Assembly (NCBI GenBank): GCA_001800315.1
Contig: MGVE01000017.1
Span: forward strand, 4,942 to 68,941
DNA length: 64,000 bases
Direction of reading: 5' to 3'
From: Elusimicrobia bacterium RIFOXYA2_FULL_47_53
Lineage (GTDB): Bacteria; Elusimicrobiota; Endomicrobiia; Endomicrobiales; XYA2-FULL-47-53
In this document: positions 19,415 through 28,672 of the stretch, in pieces
Position numbering within the stretch: the stretch's first letter is position 1
Layout of the letters: every line of letters begins with the position of its first letter
The notes under the pieces: model-generated
The model's database searches: none
What the model was told of the DNA's origin: nothing
What the model saw: only the letters and a program-made list of their open reading frames with translations
Translations under genes and position numbers: made by a program

Positions 19415-21247
19415 TTAGAAAGTCGGCCCGCTTGAATTGGCCAGAGCGTTCCACTGGTCTTTCCATGAGGCGTCTCCGACGCCAAGCGCGTCATAAACAT
19501 TTATCATGGTGTTGACCATGTTCTTGTAGAATGACTCGTTCTGCTTCATCCAGGTTTTGTTGGTAGTCCCGGCTTCGCCGACAACATAGCCGCCTTCATT
19601 TACTGTCATAGTAAGGTGGCCGTCAACACTGGCTGAAACATTTCCGGATATGGTTATCTCTTGGCCGACCTTGTCTTTCATGTTCGCGGCGGTTGCGGCG
19701 TCAACCTCAATTAATATTGTTTCGCCGTCCGCATCTTTCTGCCCTTTGCCGTCAAACATGTCAACTCCGGATGCATTGACAGACAGGTAGTAGTGTGTAA
19801 CCCCATTGGCATCTTTTATTGAGAGGACATCATTAATTGCGCCCGTAACCAATGGATCGCGTTGAGCATTTGACCCTAACGAAGATGCGCAAATATTCAC
19901 TGTAAGTGACTTTTGCTGAGCAGAATCAAAATAGCTTAATGTGTTTGCTAAGCCGTCAGCTCCCATTTGAACAGTAAATGTTGAGTAAGGTGATTCTTTG
20001 GCTGCTGCCCGAATGGCATCTAATCCAAGAGTTTGACCTTCAATCTTCCAAGTAATTTTGGAGTAGCTCTGCAGAGGCTGGGTGCCAGGTTGAATTTGTG
20101 TTACATGTTGGTCATCAATAGGAACCGTTATGCCATCGCCAATTTTACCTTTTTCAATTGTTCCAACCTCAACACCGGTGGAGGTGAATAGCTTTCCATC
20201 TTTTTCGTAATACAACTTTCCATTTATGATATATGAATTTGCATCTTTGAGTCCAGAGCCGGCTGTTGAGGCTGTCTTGGTTGTGTATGCCCCTTGAGTG
20301 GTTGTGAGTGCATTTTTGCCTGTATCAGTCTTTGAGACAGTAACTGTTCCATCAGTATTTACTGTGCATTCGCCAGTCCATGAATTCGCTCCATTCATGG
20401 TGTTGTGCTTAACCACGACTTTTAAGCTCCCGTCAGCATTTTGCGTGAATGTGCCCCAGGAACCTACTTGATATTGACCTGTTGAAGCATTTCTGCGGAC
20501 AAGGTTGCCGTTTGATGAAAGTCCGTAAGTAGTTCCGTCAATGGTGACAGATCCTACAATGTGTTCTCCGGCAATTCCGCCTGTTACAGTGTCACCAATC
20601 TTAAATGTATTGTTGGGGTCAATAGCGCCTGTGCCACCTGTTATTGTTGAGAGATTGAAAACTCTCGCTAGTCCGGCATCGTCAAGGTTTGCTATCTGTG
20701 AACCGGTGAGAGAAACATTTGAAACATTTATGCCGGCTTCTTTCCAAGTTTTGCGGCCGGCTAAAACATCAGCAAAAGCCTGCTGAACCTGGGCTACTGT
20801 ATAATTGTTGGTGCCTCCAGATGATCCATTGGAAGTAATAGTCAGCCCATCTTTTCCTATAGCTCCACGGTCGACGGTTACTGCTGCTCCATCGATATAA
20901 AATGTGGTATAAACATGCGGTGCTCCATCCGCTCCATTTGAAGTAAAATCTGCAGAAGTTAAGTTGCCGGCTGCATTGTAGTGGCGAACAGAGAGAACTT
21001 TGTTATCTCCATCAGTTGTGTAAGCGAGTTGCCCCGCTATGTTGAAGTGCGATATCTGTGCATTTTGTCCGAGTCCGTCCGTAGATTTAGCTATCTGAAG
21101 TATGCCGTTGGCAGCATAAGAATAGGATGTCTGGCTTTGGATTAGATTTGTATTCCAGTTGTATCCCATTGATGTTGATGACAATACATTCAACATCATG
21201 AGTGCGGCTATGCTTGTTGAAAGTATTTTTGCGATTAGTTTTTTCAT
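19415..21247 (-). CDS. Secreted Gly/Thr/Asn-rich hypothetical protein (610 aa)
   Basis: AGGAGG RBS and signal peptide 'ILSTSIAALMMLNVLSSTS'. It shares a module with the 949-aa protein and with the N-terminus of giant ORF 1 (see findings). Confidence 0.7.
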   Translation of the reverse strand: MKKLIAKILSTSIAALMMLNVLSSTSMGYNWNTNLIQSQTSYSYAANGILQIAKSTDGLGQNAQISHFNIAGQLAYTTDGDNKVLSVRHYNAAGNLTSADFTSNGADGAPHVYTTFYIDGAAVTVDRGAIGKDGLTITSNGSSGGTNNYTVAQVQQAFADVLAGRKTWKEAGINVSNVSLTGSQIANLDDAGLARVFNLSTITGGTGAIDPNNTFKIGDTVTGGIAGEHIVGSVTIDGTTYGLSSNGNLVRRNASTGQYQVGSWGTFTQNADGSLKVVVKHNTMNGANSWTGECTVNTDGTVTVSKTDTGKNALTTTQGAYTTKTASTAGSGLKDANSYIINGKLYYEKDGKLFTSTGVEVGTIEKGKIGDGITVPIDDQHVTQIQPGTQPLQSYSKITWKIEGQTLGLDAIRAAAKESPYSTFTVQMGADGLANTLSYFDSAQQKSLTVNICASSLGSNAQRDPLVTGAINDVLSIKDANGVTHYYLSVNASGVDMFDGKGQKDADGETILIEVDAATAANMKDKVGQEITISGNVSASVDGHLTMTVNEGGYVVGEAGTTNKTWMKQNESFYKNMVNTMINVYDALGVGDASWKDQWNALANSSGPTF

Positions 21248-21297
21248 TGTAGTGTTCCTCCTTTTTTGATTTTTTGCAGTTACAAGGTGCGCTCAAA

Positions 21298-21774
21298 TCA
21301 AAAAAGGAGAGGGTTGTCGCCCCTGGGGAGCGATGGAGTGGATAGCCTGACAGTTTGTGCGCGGAAAAAGACAGATGCGAATAGGGGGAATAATACCAGA
21401 AACGCAAGGTTTGGTTTGTAGTGGAGCGCTGAATCAAATATCGCCAAAAGCTTTGAAAGCGGGAGGATGGTAATCCTTGTTACGGCGACTGAAATATTGT
21501 TAGGTGTGGCGGCCCTGGAAAAAGCATCGTCATCCGGGAGAGGCGCTGAATTGTTATTCTCGGTATTTTCAATAGGTTTTATGTTTGCCGGAGGCAGTAT
21601 TTTTTCAATTACAAGCATGCTGATTTCCATTACAGGCACCCATACGAAAGAATACACAAGAATAGGTTGCTTGGCGAGAGCCTCAATAAGAGCATTCCGG
21701 CTTAAGCGGGGATAGACCGCTTGAGCGAGAATTATAGGAATTATTAAGAGGATGATTTTGTTGATTTTATTCAT
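21298..21774 (-). CDS. Small secreted or membrane hypothetical protein (158 aa)
   Basis: Signal-like N-terminus 'INKIILLIIPIILAQAVYP' and a second hydrophobic segment. It lies between two secreted-protein genes on the same strand. Confidence 0.5.
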   Translation of the reverse strand: MNKINKIILLIIPIILAQAVYPRLSRNALIEALAKQPILVYSFVWVPVMEISMLVIEKILPPANIKPIENTENNNSAPLPDDDAFSRAATPNNISVAVTRITILPLSKLLAIFDSALHYKPNLAFLVLFPLFASVFFRAQTVRLSTPSLPRGDNPLLF

Positions 21775-21896
21775 ATTGTTATCCCTTAACTATCTCTATT
21801 GTTATACATTATAAATGTAAAATGCAAATAAATCAAGTGTGAAATATTTGTGAAATATTAATATAGGATATGTTCAACACTGCCAAGACACCAATA

Positions 21897-24716
21897 CTAA
21901 TTAGCTGCCGCATCCTTGACAGGGGTTATCTTCCTAATGGGCTGGGTAGATAACCTCCCGTCCCTTCTGGGCGGCGTAGGTTCAGAGCTGGGCGGTAAAG
22001 GTTTTATGCTTTCATCGGGAGCAGGGATATTGTTGTTGTCAGCATTTCCGGTTAAATTAGCGGCAATTTCAGAAATTATATCAATCCCGGCGGCCTGAGT
22101 TATTATGTTGCCGGCCGCTTCAAATTCCATTATGTAGGGCCTCAGTGAAAGTGTCGCAATATTGCCGGACCCGCGGTCAATTTGAATTTGATATGCCTCT
22201 GAAGAATCTCTTGTATAGCCTATAGTCAGTGTCGCGCTTATGCCGACATCGTACGCGCAATTCTTAACAAAGGCCGCGGCGTCCTGGCTTAGGCCGAGCA
22301 GTTCGCTTATCTGTTTGTTCTCCATTTTAAGAATCTGTGCGGGATTCACGCTTATGAACTGGATTGTCCTTGCAAAAGAAGTCAGTTCCGTGTTTTTTCT
22401 GCCGTTTGTTATATCGTTAATGCTTGAGCCCGAGTTAACCGCATCCCAAAGTTTTGCCGCGAGTTCGGCATTGTTTTCCTGGTCGCCCCATACGGTTATA
22501 GAGGGTTGATCGCTGCCCGCAGCGCCCCAGCCGACATAGAAAGTTGTTACGAATTCCGGACGGCCTGACTGGTCAGTAGACATTGTTTTAACGCTCTTAA
22601 GCGCCCCATTTCTTGCGTATGTAAATGACTGGGCAAGATTGCCGTCACGGTCATAAATTTTGGTTCTCTTTCCGAAGTTATCGTATTCAACCATGCCCTC
22701 TTTGCTTGACTCTGTAAGAATGTTTCCGTTATCAGAATAAGTGCGGGTAACGCCGTTGACAGTCCTCGTCCTTTCGGTTGAGGGGGAATGTTTGGCAAGT
22801 TTCCTTCTTTCCGATGAGGCAAGATTGCTTCCGCCCGCTTCAGCCACGCTCTGTCTGTCAGCTTCGCTTGCCAGATAAAGCATATTATCATTTTGTATGC
22901 CAGTTAATCCCGCGACATAGAACTGGTCTGCGTCAATCGCGGATATCGTATGCGCATATACTCTGCTGCCGCCTAATGAAATGTTAACTGTTCCGTCTGT
23001 GCCTGCATTTTCAGCTCTTACAATAACATCGGAAAGATATTTCTGTGTGGCAGAGGCCGAACGGTTCCATCCAAATAGATTGCAGATCTGGGCGTCTGAG
23101 AGTTCTGAAAATACTCTTGCGTTTATGCTGATGTTTTTGATTTTCTGGGCAATCTTTGCCAGTTCACCATCTTCTGCGGATATATCGCCTATGTTCTTTG
23201 CTCCGTCAACAACAGCTTTCCACAGTTCCTTTACGAGGGCCGCGTTTGCTGTCTGATCTCCGGAAAGTATTATTGCGGTTCTTTCGTTTGAGCTTGTATT
23301 TGGCAGGTCAATAAATATCTGGGTGACCATGCCCGCGCCGTCAGAAAGGTCTTCCGACAACACGCTTTCCAGCCTGCCGTCAACCGCGGAATAGTTGTAC
23401 TTGGCCTTCTGCACGCCGGTATTTGCCGCAAGGCCGCCTTCCTTAGGCACGGCAACCGTGTTAAATACCTTGTTGTCCAGTATTGTGGGGGAAAGCTTGC
23501 GGGGGGCGCTTACAAGCATTTTAGTCACCGGCTTGGAAATAACCGCCGCTACATTGGATTCGCCTACATCGTGCATCTGTCCGCTCTGCTCATAGTATTC
23601 CTCAAGCTGTTTGGCGGTGGGCCTGTCGGATTGGGCGTATACTTTCGCGACCTGGTCCACCCGCTCGTACTTGAACATAGTAACGGTTTTTTCCAATTCG
23701 TCAAAATAGCCTACAAGGCGGGATTTGTGATAGAGCCATTCTTTCGTGAGGTTTTCGTTGAAAGTTGTTTTTGTCTGTTTGCCTGCCACATCATACCAGG
23801 TTGTTTCGTTTGTCCTCGTGTCAAAAGTGAAAACCAGCTTGGTTCCGTCGTAGTGGTACTCTTTGGCTGTGCCTCCGAAGCGGGAATCGGTCCTGACCGC
23901 TCTGCCGTTTTTAAAGTAGGTCACATCGCCGCTTTGAGGCCCGGGGGAGACATCCGTCATTTTGTCAAGGATATACCTGCCTTCCTCATCAAATTTGTAT
24001 GAATATTCAGCCATTTTTTCGCCGTTGGCGTTTTCGGTGTAAGTTAAGTTTCCGTCAGAATTGAAGTAGGTCTTATTTTTGTAGTTATCTTCTTTGTAGA
24101 GGAGCCTGTCGTCGTCATCATAGGCATACTCGGCGATCCTTGCTCCCTCAAAATTCTCGTCGTAAGATGGTTGGCCTTTGTAATTGAAAACGGTTTTAGA
24201 CATTGTAAGTTCATCAACCGTAAGTTCAAGGTTCTTGCCGTAAGTGTCGTATTTGTAGCTCTTTATCTTGTTTCCTTCGGCGTCAAATTCGCCTACTGTT
24301 TTTCCGCCGAGGCCGTATTCCCTGTATCCGGTTACCTCTCCCTTGGCGTTTTTAACAACCGCCTCGCCTGTCCCCTGGATGTTTTCTACGGTCTGGGTTA
24401 TGTTGCCTTCGGCGTCTTTGCTTACGGTTTTGCCTTTAACTGAAAAAGACATGCTCCCGTCTCTGGAAACCGAGAGGACAAGGCTTCCTCCCGGGGTATA
24501 ATAAACTCTGTTGCCGTTTTTGTCTCTCGCGGAAACCGGCCTGTTGGGGAGAATGTTTACCATCTCGCTGGGTTTGCCGAAGTCAAGCTGCTCGGCGGGC
24601 CTGAGCTGGTCTCTCGGGCCAAAAGACGGATGCTGCGGCTCCAGGGTTTCCATAAAACCGAAAGCCATGTTGCTCGCTAAAACAAGCATGGATATCAGGC
24701 CGATTGTTTTTTTCAT
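21897..24716 (-). CDS. Secreted YD/RHS-repeat-like protein with an internal duplication
   Basis: ORF 21897..24746. ATG 24716 is preferred, because the GTG at 24746 sits inside a TATAAT-like box. Signal peptide 'IGLISMLVLASNMAFG'. YD-like repeats 'YKYDTYGKN', 'YAYDDDDRLLY', 'YSYKFDEEGRYI' and 'YDNFGKRTKIYDRDGNL'. Confidence 0.75.
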   Translation of the reverse strand: MKKTIGLISMLVLASNMAFGFMETLEPQHPSFGPRDQLRPAEQLDFGKPSEMVNILPNRPVSARDKNGNRVYYTPGGSLVLSVSRDGSMSFSVKGKTVSKDAEGNITQTVENIQGTGEAVVKNAKGEVTGYREYGLGGKTVGEFDAEGNKIKSYKYDTYGKNLELTVDELTMSKTVFNYKGQPSYDENFEGARIAEYAYDDDDRLLYKEDNYKNKTYFNSDGNLTYTENANGEKMAEYSYKFDEEGRYILDKMTDVSPGPQSGDVTYFKNGRAVRTDSRFGGTAKEYHYDGTKLVFTFDTRTNETTWYDVAGKQTKTTFNENLTKEWLYHKSRLVGYFDELEKTVTMFKYERVDQVAKVYAQSDRPTAKQLEEYYEQSGQMHDVGESNVAAVISKPVTKMLVSAPRKLSPTILDNKVFNTVAVPKEGGLAANTGVQKAKYNYSAVDGRLESVLSEDLSDGAGMVTQIFIDLPNTSSNERTAIILSGDQTANAALVKELWKAVVDGAKNIGDISAEDGELAKIAQKIKNISINARVFSELSDAQICNLFGWNRSASATQKYLSDVIVRAENAGTDGTVNISLGGSRVYAHTISAIDADQFYVAGLTGIQNDNMLYLASEADRQSVAEAGGSNLASSERRKLAKHSPSTERTRTVNGVTRTYSDNGNILTESSKEGMVEYDNFGKRTKIYDRDGNLAQSFTYARNGALKSVKTMSTDQSGRPEFVTTFYVGWGAAGSDQPSITVWGDQENNAELAAKLWDAVNSGSSINDITNGRKNTELTSFARTIQFISVNPAQILKMENKQISELLGLSQDAAAFVKNCAYDVGISATLTIGYTRDSSEAYQIQIDRGSGNIATLSLRPYIMEFEAAGNIITQAAGIDIISEIAANLTGNADNNNIPAPDESIKPLPPSSEPTPPRRDGRLSTQPIRKITPVKDAAAN

Positions 24717-24908
24717 GGTTATTTTTGCCTCGCTTATGTTTTTCACATCATTATTATAGTGTATTAGTATGAAAAAAACATCAAATATTTGAAAATTTTT
24801 TGTGAAATGTCATTAGTCAGCGGCAAGGGGGCAATGCTTTTCCGTTTGAAATAGAATATCGAAACGAATGCCTTTAACTTACATCTTACCCCTTATCACT
24901 TACCGCTG

Positions 24909-25127
24909 TTAAATATCCCAGTTTTTCGGTATCATCTGATAGCACAACTCTGTCCAGCAAATGTTCACAAGGTCTTCAAGCTTTACATCGTAATTATGAT
25001 TTTCCGCGTACATGCGCATTTTTTCCGCTGCTCCGCATTCAATTGCTTTCCAGACCATGTCAGGATCCTTGCTTTTGAGAACATTAAATGCCTTTACTTC
25101 AAGCTGAATGAATTCCTGGAAAGACAT
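24909..25127 (-). CDS. Small hypothetical protein (72 aa)
   Basis: ATG 25127 lies 9 nt after AAGGAG. No signal peptide and no recognised family. Confidence 0.4.
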   Translation of the reverse strand: MSFQEFIQLEVKAFNVLKSKDPDMVWKAIECGAAEKMRMYAENHNYDVKLEDLVNICWTELCYQMIPKNWDI

Positions 25128-25319
25128 GTTAATCATCTCCTTTTGAGGATTCCCTGCTTTCTACGATTAACTAATATGCGTTTGTATTGAAAATCACGCG
25201 TTTAAGGTGTAAAAGAAATGTGAAAGTTGGTTGGCGGTAAGGGGTAGGTGAATGGCGCGGACCTGAAAAACCCCGTAGGTCCGTATTCATATATGGCCTG
25301 GCGGCTACAAAACCACTCA

Positions 25320-25445
25320 TACGGCGAGATTCTTCGCCCGCCGCGGCGGACTCAGAACAACGGCGTTTGTAGTGTCATCCGAAAAAGCTTTCCGCCACTG
25401 AACCATAGGCGGACTGTTGCGTCGTGCCGCGCAGAGTTTGTAAGT
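25320..25445. repeat. Hairpin repeat modules
   Basis: 'cagaacaacggcgtttgt' (compare 9396-9413) and 'ttCCGCCactgaaccataGGCGGactg' (compare 28395-28420 and 18061-18118). Confidence 0.65.
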
Positions 25446-25501
25446 CATTTGCGGTGCAGTAAGGCAATAAGTGCTTGAAAATACTATTATTATTTCAACC
25501 A

Positions 25502-25530
25502 TTGACAAAAGAAATATTTGCGTATATACT
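25502..25530 (+). promoter_or_regulatory. Sigma70-type promoter for the OMP-TPR gene
   Basis: TTGACA at 25502-25507, a 17-nt spacer, then TATACT at 25525-25530. The GGAGGTG RBS and ATG 25558 lie downstream. Confidence 0.6.
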
Positions 25531-25557
25531 ATTATAAATTTCACGGAGGTGCGGATA

Positions 25558-27669
25558 ATGGTAAGTTCAAAAACATATATAAATACATCGCTGATTTTTT
25601 TTATGTGCGTTGTTCAGGCCATTGCCGCGAAGCCCGTTTCACCTGTTAAAACCAATATTGACTTTTATAAAATAGCGCCCGACGCTAAAACATCCGCGGT
25701 TGGAGGTGACAATGTTGCCCTCACCGCTTCTCTCGCCTCAGTAATCTCAAACCCCGCCGGCCTCGCCGGTATTTATCAGCACAAACTTTCTTTAAGCCAT
25801 ATCGTCTGGACGGACAACACGAAATTCGGTTTTGCGTCCTATGCTGTGCCGCTTGAGCACGCTACACTCGCCTTGTCCGCGGGATATCTCGGCTACGGCG
25901 ACACCCCCGGCTATGATAATAACTTAAAACCATATTCACTTTCTTCGTCGTACGAAACCGATTTGGTGCTGAGTTACGCGAGAAAATTCGGCGCCGGCGA
26001 AGATTCCATGCTGGGAATAAATACCAAGTTTGTTAATAAAAAACTCGCTTATTTTACTCATGAGCCTATTACAATGGATTTGGGCGGTATATGGAAGCTT
26101 CCTTTTCTGAGTGAGGGTTTATCTTTGGGGCTGGTTTACAAAAATGCAGGCTCAACACAGCCTCAATCGTTAGTTACCGGCTTCGGGTATCACAATGAGG
26201 GATATAACGATCTGTCCGTCAATGTTAATGCTGATGCCACCTCAAATTCCATGCCGTCATATTCCGCCGGTATCAGTATCGCGCCGGCGCATTTCCTCAG
26301 GATGAGAGCCGGCTGGAGAGAGACAGTTAACAAATATGAGTCTGGGCTCAGAGTCGGTTTGGGGGTGGAAGTCGGAAATTTTTCGGTTGATTACGCCCTT
26401 CTTCCCTACGACGGAGTGCTTGCGCTCCACCATATCGGGATTGACATTGCCATCGGGAGCATTTTTAAGCCGCAGACTGACCCGGAGTACCATTTGAAAA
26501 GGCATTTTACTCACGCGAAAAAGCTGTTTGACGCGAAGAAATATGTCAGGGCCAGAGCTGAGTTTGAGCAGATACTCGCTCTTTATCCCGATTATGTGCC
26601 TGCCATTGACTATATCAATCGCATGGCGCAGGCTATGAAAGAAGGTTCCAGTACGGACGAGATAGGCGCCTACTTAAGAAAAGCCGATGAGTGTCTGGCC
26701 AATAACGATTTCCTTGCCGCCAGAAAGTACTACGGCATGGTTCTCGCTGCGGAAAACGGGAATTCCATGGCTGTTGCCGGGCTGACCAGAGTAAACGAGT
26801 TAATAGACGGGCTGCAATCAGATAAGGCGCGGGATGATAACCGCGATGTCATAGCTAAAATATGGGAAGAGGCCAGTGTTTTGTACGCGAGGGGAGAGTA
26901 CTTAAACGCAAAGGAAGTTTTCAGGGGAATACTGGCTCTGGATCCGAAACATAAGGAAACTCTTGAACGAATCGTTGAAATAGACAACCAGCTTGCCAAG
27001 ATAAACGCAAGCAGGGTAAACGAGATGTTTGATTCCGGCATGGACCTCTATAATACGGGGAAATACAAAGAGGCTATCAGGTATTTTGAAGCGGTTGTGA
27101 TAGCCGCGCCCCACAGGATGGACGCCGAGGAGCTGGTCGCGAAGTGCAAGCAAAGGCTTGTTGATGATGAGGCGAGGGCCAAGAGGGAGCGCCTGGCTAA
27201 AGAACAGAGCAGAATGAAAGGCGAGGTTGAGGGCGCTTTCGCCAGGGCCATGAGTTTTTACGAAGAAGGCGATTATATAAAGGCTATGGAGTGGTTTAAT
27301 AAAACCGATGATGTTGCTTCTCAGTATGAGTTTGAGGAGTATCAGGATGACTCAAAAAAATACATCGCCACAATAAAGTCAACATTGTCCGAGAGGCACT
27401 ATAAATTCGGGTTTAACTTCTACCAGCAGAACAGGTTTGAGAGCGCCTATTCAGAATACAGAAAGGCTATTCAGTATAATCCCGACAACTCTTCGGCCAA
27501 ATTGGAACTGGATCGCCTTGCTAAAATGCTGGCGCAGAATTACTACGAACGGGGAATGAGCTATTATACCCAGGGCGATTACAATAAGGCCAGGGAGCTT
27601 TTCTCAAAATCTCTCTCTTATCAGCCCGATAAACTGGAGCCGCAGCGAGCGCTTGACCGCATGAAATAG
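25558..27669 (+). CDS. Outer-membrane beta-barrel-like domain fused to C-terminal TPR repeats
   Basis: Signal peptide 'LIFFMCVVQAIAAKP'. The N-terminal ~320 aa have alternating beta-strand character and an 'ISNPAGLAG' motif (PorV/FadL-like, tentative). The C-terminal ~380 aa hold clear TPR units, such as 'YYERGMSYYTQGDYNKARELFSKSLSYQPD'. Confidence 0.72.
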   Translation: MVSSKTYINTSLIFFMCVVQAIAAKPVSPVKTNIDFYKIAPDAKTSAVGGDNVALTASLASVISNPAGLAGIYQHKLSLSHIVWTDNTKFGFASYAVPLEHATLALSAGYLGYGDTPGYDNNLKPYSLSSSYETDLVLSYARKFGAGEDSMLGINTKFVNKKLAYFTHEPITMDLGGIWKLPFLSEGLSLGLVYKNAGSTQPQSLVTGFGYHNEGYNDLSVNVNADATSNSMPSYSAGISIAPAHFLRMRAGWRETVNKYESGLRVGLGVEVGNFSVDYALLPYDGVLALHHIGIDIAIGSIFKPQTDPEYHLKRHFTHAKKLFDAKKYVRARAEFEQILALYPDYVPAIDYINRMAQAMKEGSSTDEIGAYLRKADECLANNDFLAARKYYGMVLAAENGNSMAVAGLTRVNELIDGLQSDKARDDNRDVIAKIWEEASVLYARGEYLNAKEVFRGILALDPKHKETLERIVEIDNQLAKINASRVNEMFDSGMDLYNTGKYKEAIRYFEAVVIAAPHRMDAEELVAKCKQRLVDDEARAKRERLAKEQSRMKGEVEGAFARAMSFYEEGDYIKAMEWFNKTDDVASQYEFEEYQDDSKKYIATIKSTLSERHYKFGFNFYQQNRFESAYSEYRKAIQYNPDNSSAKLELDRLAKMLAQNYYERGMSYYTQGDYNKARELFSKSLSYQPDKLEPQRALDRMK

Positions 27670-27849
27670 TGTGTTTAGCACATTTATGATTGCTCAGGCA
27701 GATAATACCTTAACCGTTGTTCACTGAATTCTCTTCTGTGCCGCTTTCCTGTTTATTTCATAATAATTTCACAAAATTTTTTAAGCTTTTGCGCATTGTT
27801 CTGGTAATACTCCCACAGGACAGGTCTGTAAACTAAGGCGGTGTTCTGT

Positions 27850-28209
27850 ATGGGAACAATTCTCATTATTGAAGACGAGTTGCCGATAGCGAATCTTTTG
27901 AAAATACGCTTTGAGGCCGAGGGTTTTAAGGCTCAAATAGCCCTTTCCGCGGCAGAGTGCCTGAAAAAGATAATGACTGCTATACCGGACGCTATTACGC
28001 TGGATATCACGCTTCCGGATTGCCGAGGGTTTGGCCTGCTTCAGGTACTCAAGTGTAACCCGAAGACTGCCAAGGTTCCGATTATCGTGATTTCTTCAAG
28101 CGATGAGGCGGAATCTGCCGCTGAGATCGGAGCGGTAAGTGTAATATCAAAACCCATTGATTTTAAAAGGCTTTTGGAGGTTTTAAAAAAGGTGTGTGGC
28201 AGTAAGTAG
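27850..28209 (+). CDS. Stand-alone response-regulator receiver domain (CheY-like)
   Basis: 'ILIIEDE', the phospho-acceptor context 'ITLDITLPD', 'PIIVISS' and 'ISKP'. No output domain and no kinase in the window. Confidence 0.85.
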   Translation: MGTILIIEDELPIANLLKIRFEAEGFKAQIALSAAECLKKIMTAIPDAITLDITLPDCRGFGLLQVLKCNPKTAKVPIIVISSSDEAESAAEIGAVSVISKPIDFKRLLEVLKKVCGSK

Positions 28210-28322
28210 CCTCAGCTTGCATGTGTTTTTGCAGTTGCCAGGTTTGCCTGTCTGATTAGGCTGTTGAATCGTTTTCTCGTATGACTTATAGCTTGTGTCA
28301 ATTGAAAAAGCCTTTAAAATGC

Positions 28323-28504
28323 CCTGTCATTGCGATCTCCCGCAGGGAGAGAAGCAATCTCGTCTTACCGTCGTAAACTACGAGATAGCTTCCCGCCACT
28401 AAAGCTTTGGCGGACTGCCGTGTTGTTGCGCTTCTCGCAAAGACGGCCCGAAACACATTTTTTGCAGGCTCAACTTAAAACTTATAGCTGAAAACTTAAA
28501 ACTG
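28323..28504. repeat. Hairpin repeat modules plus an 'aactta' short tandem repeat
   Basis: 'cctgtcattgcgatctcccgcagggagagaagcaatctcgtc' is a near-identical inverted copy of 9572-9608. Then 'cccgccactaaagctttggcgg' and 'caacttaaaacttatagctgaaaacttaaaactg' (28471-28504). Confidence 0.75.
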
Positions 28505-28593
28505 TCGTTTTAATGTTTCACAAAGATTTTACATGTATTGCGCAAGTATTTTTATATATAAATACACAATTATATAGCATTCAGAGAAAAGTG

Positions 28594-28621
28594 TTGCATT
28601 TACGCGATAATTAGCTATAAT
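28594..28621 (+). promoter_or_regulatory. Sigma70-type promoter of the small TM gene / giant ORF 1 unit
   Basis: TTGCAT at 28594-28599, a 16-nt spacer, then TATAAT at 28616-28621. The -10 region and leader ('ctataattgta.cgg...cggatttga...tgttgaa') are homologous to 47044-47100. Confidence 0.6.
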
Positions 28622-28672
28622 TGTATCGGATTTGATGTTGACAATTTGTTGAAGTTGTAACGGGTGAACATT

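Noticed and set aside
25248-25544. ORFs 25248..25478 (+) and 25317..25544 (-) upstream of the OMP-TPR gene
   Set aside because: They overlap repeat modules and the predicted promoter. The track ORF 25471..27669 also over-extends, and the signal peptide starts at ATG 25558 after GGAGGTG.
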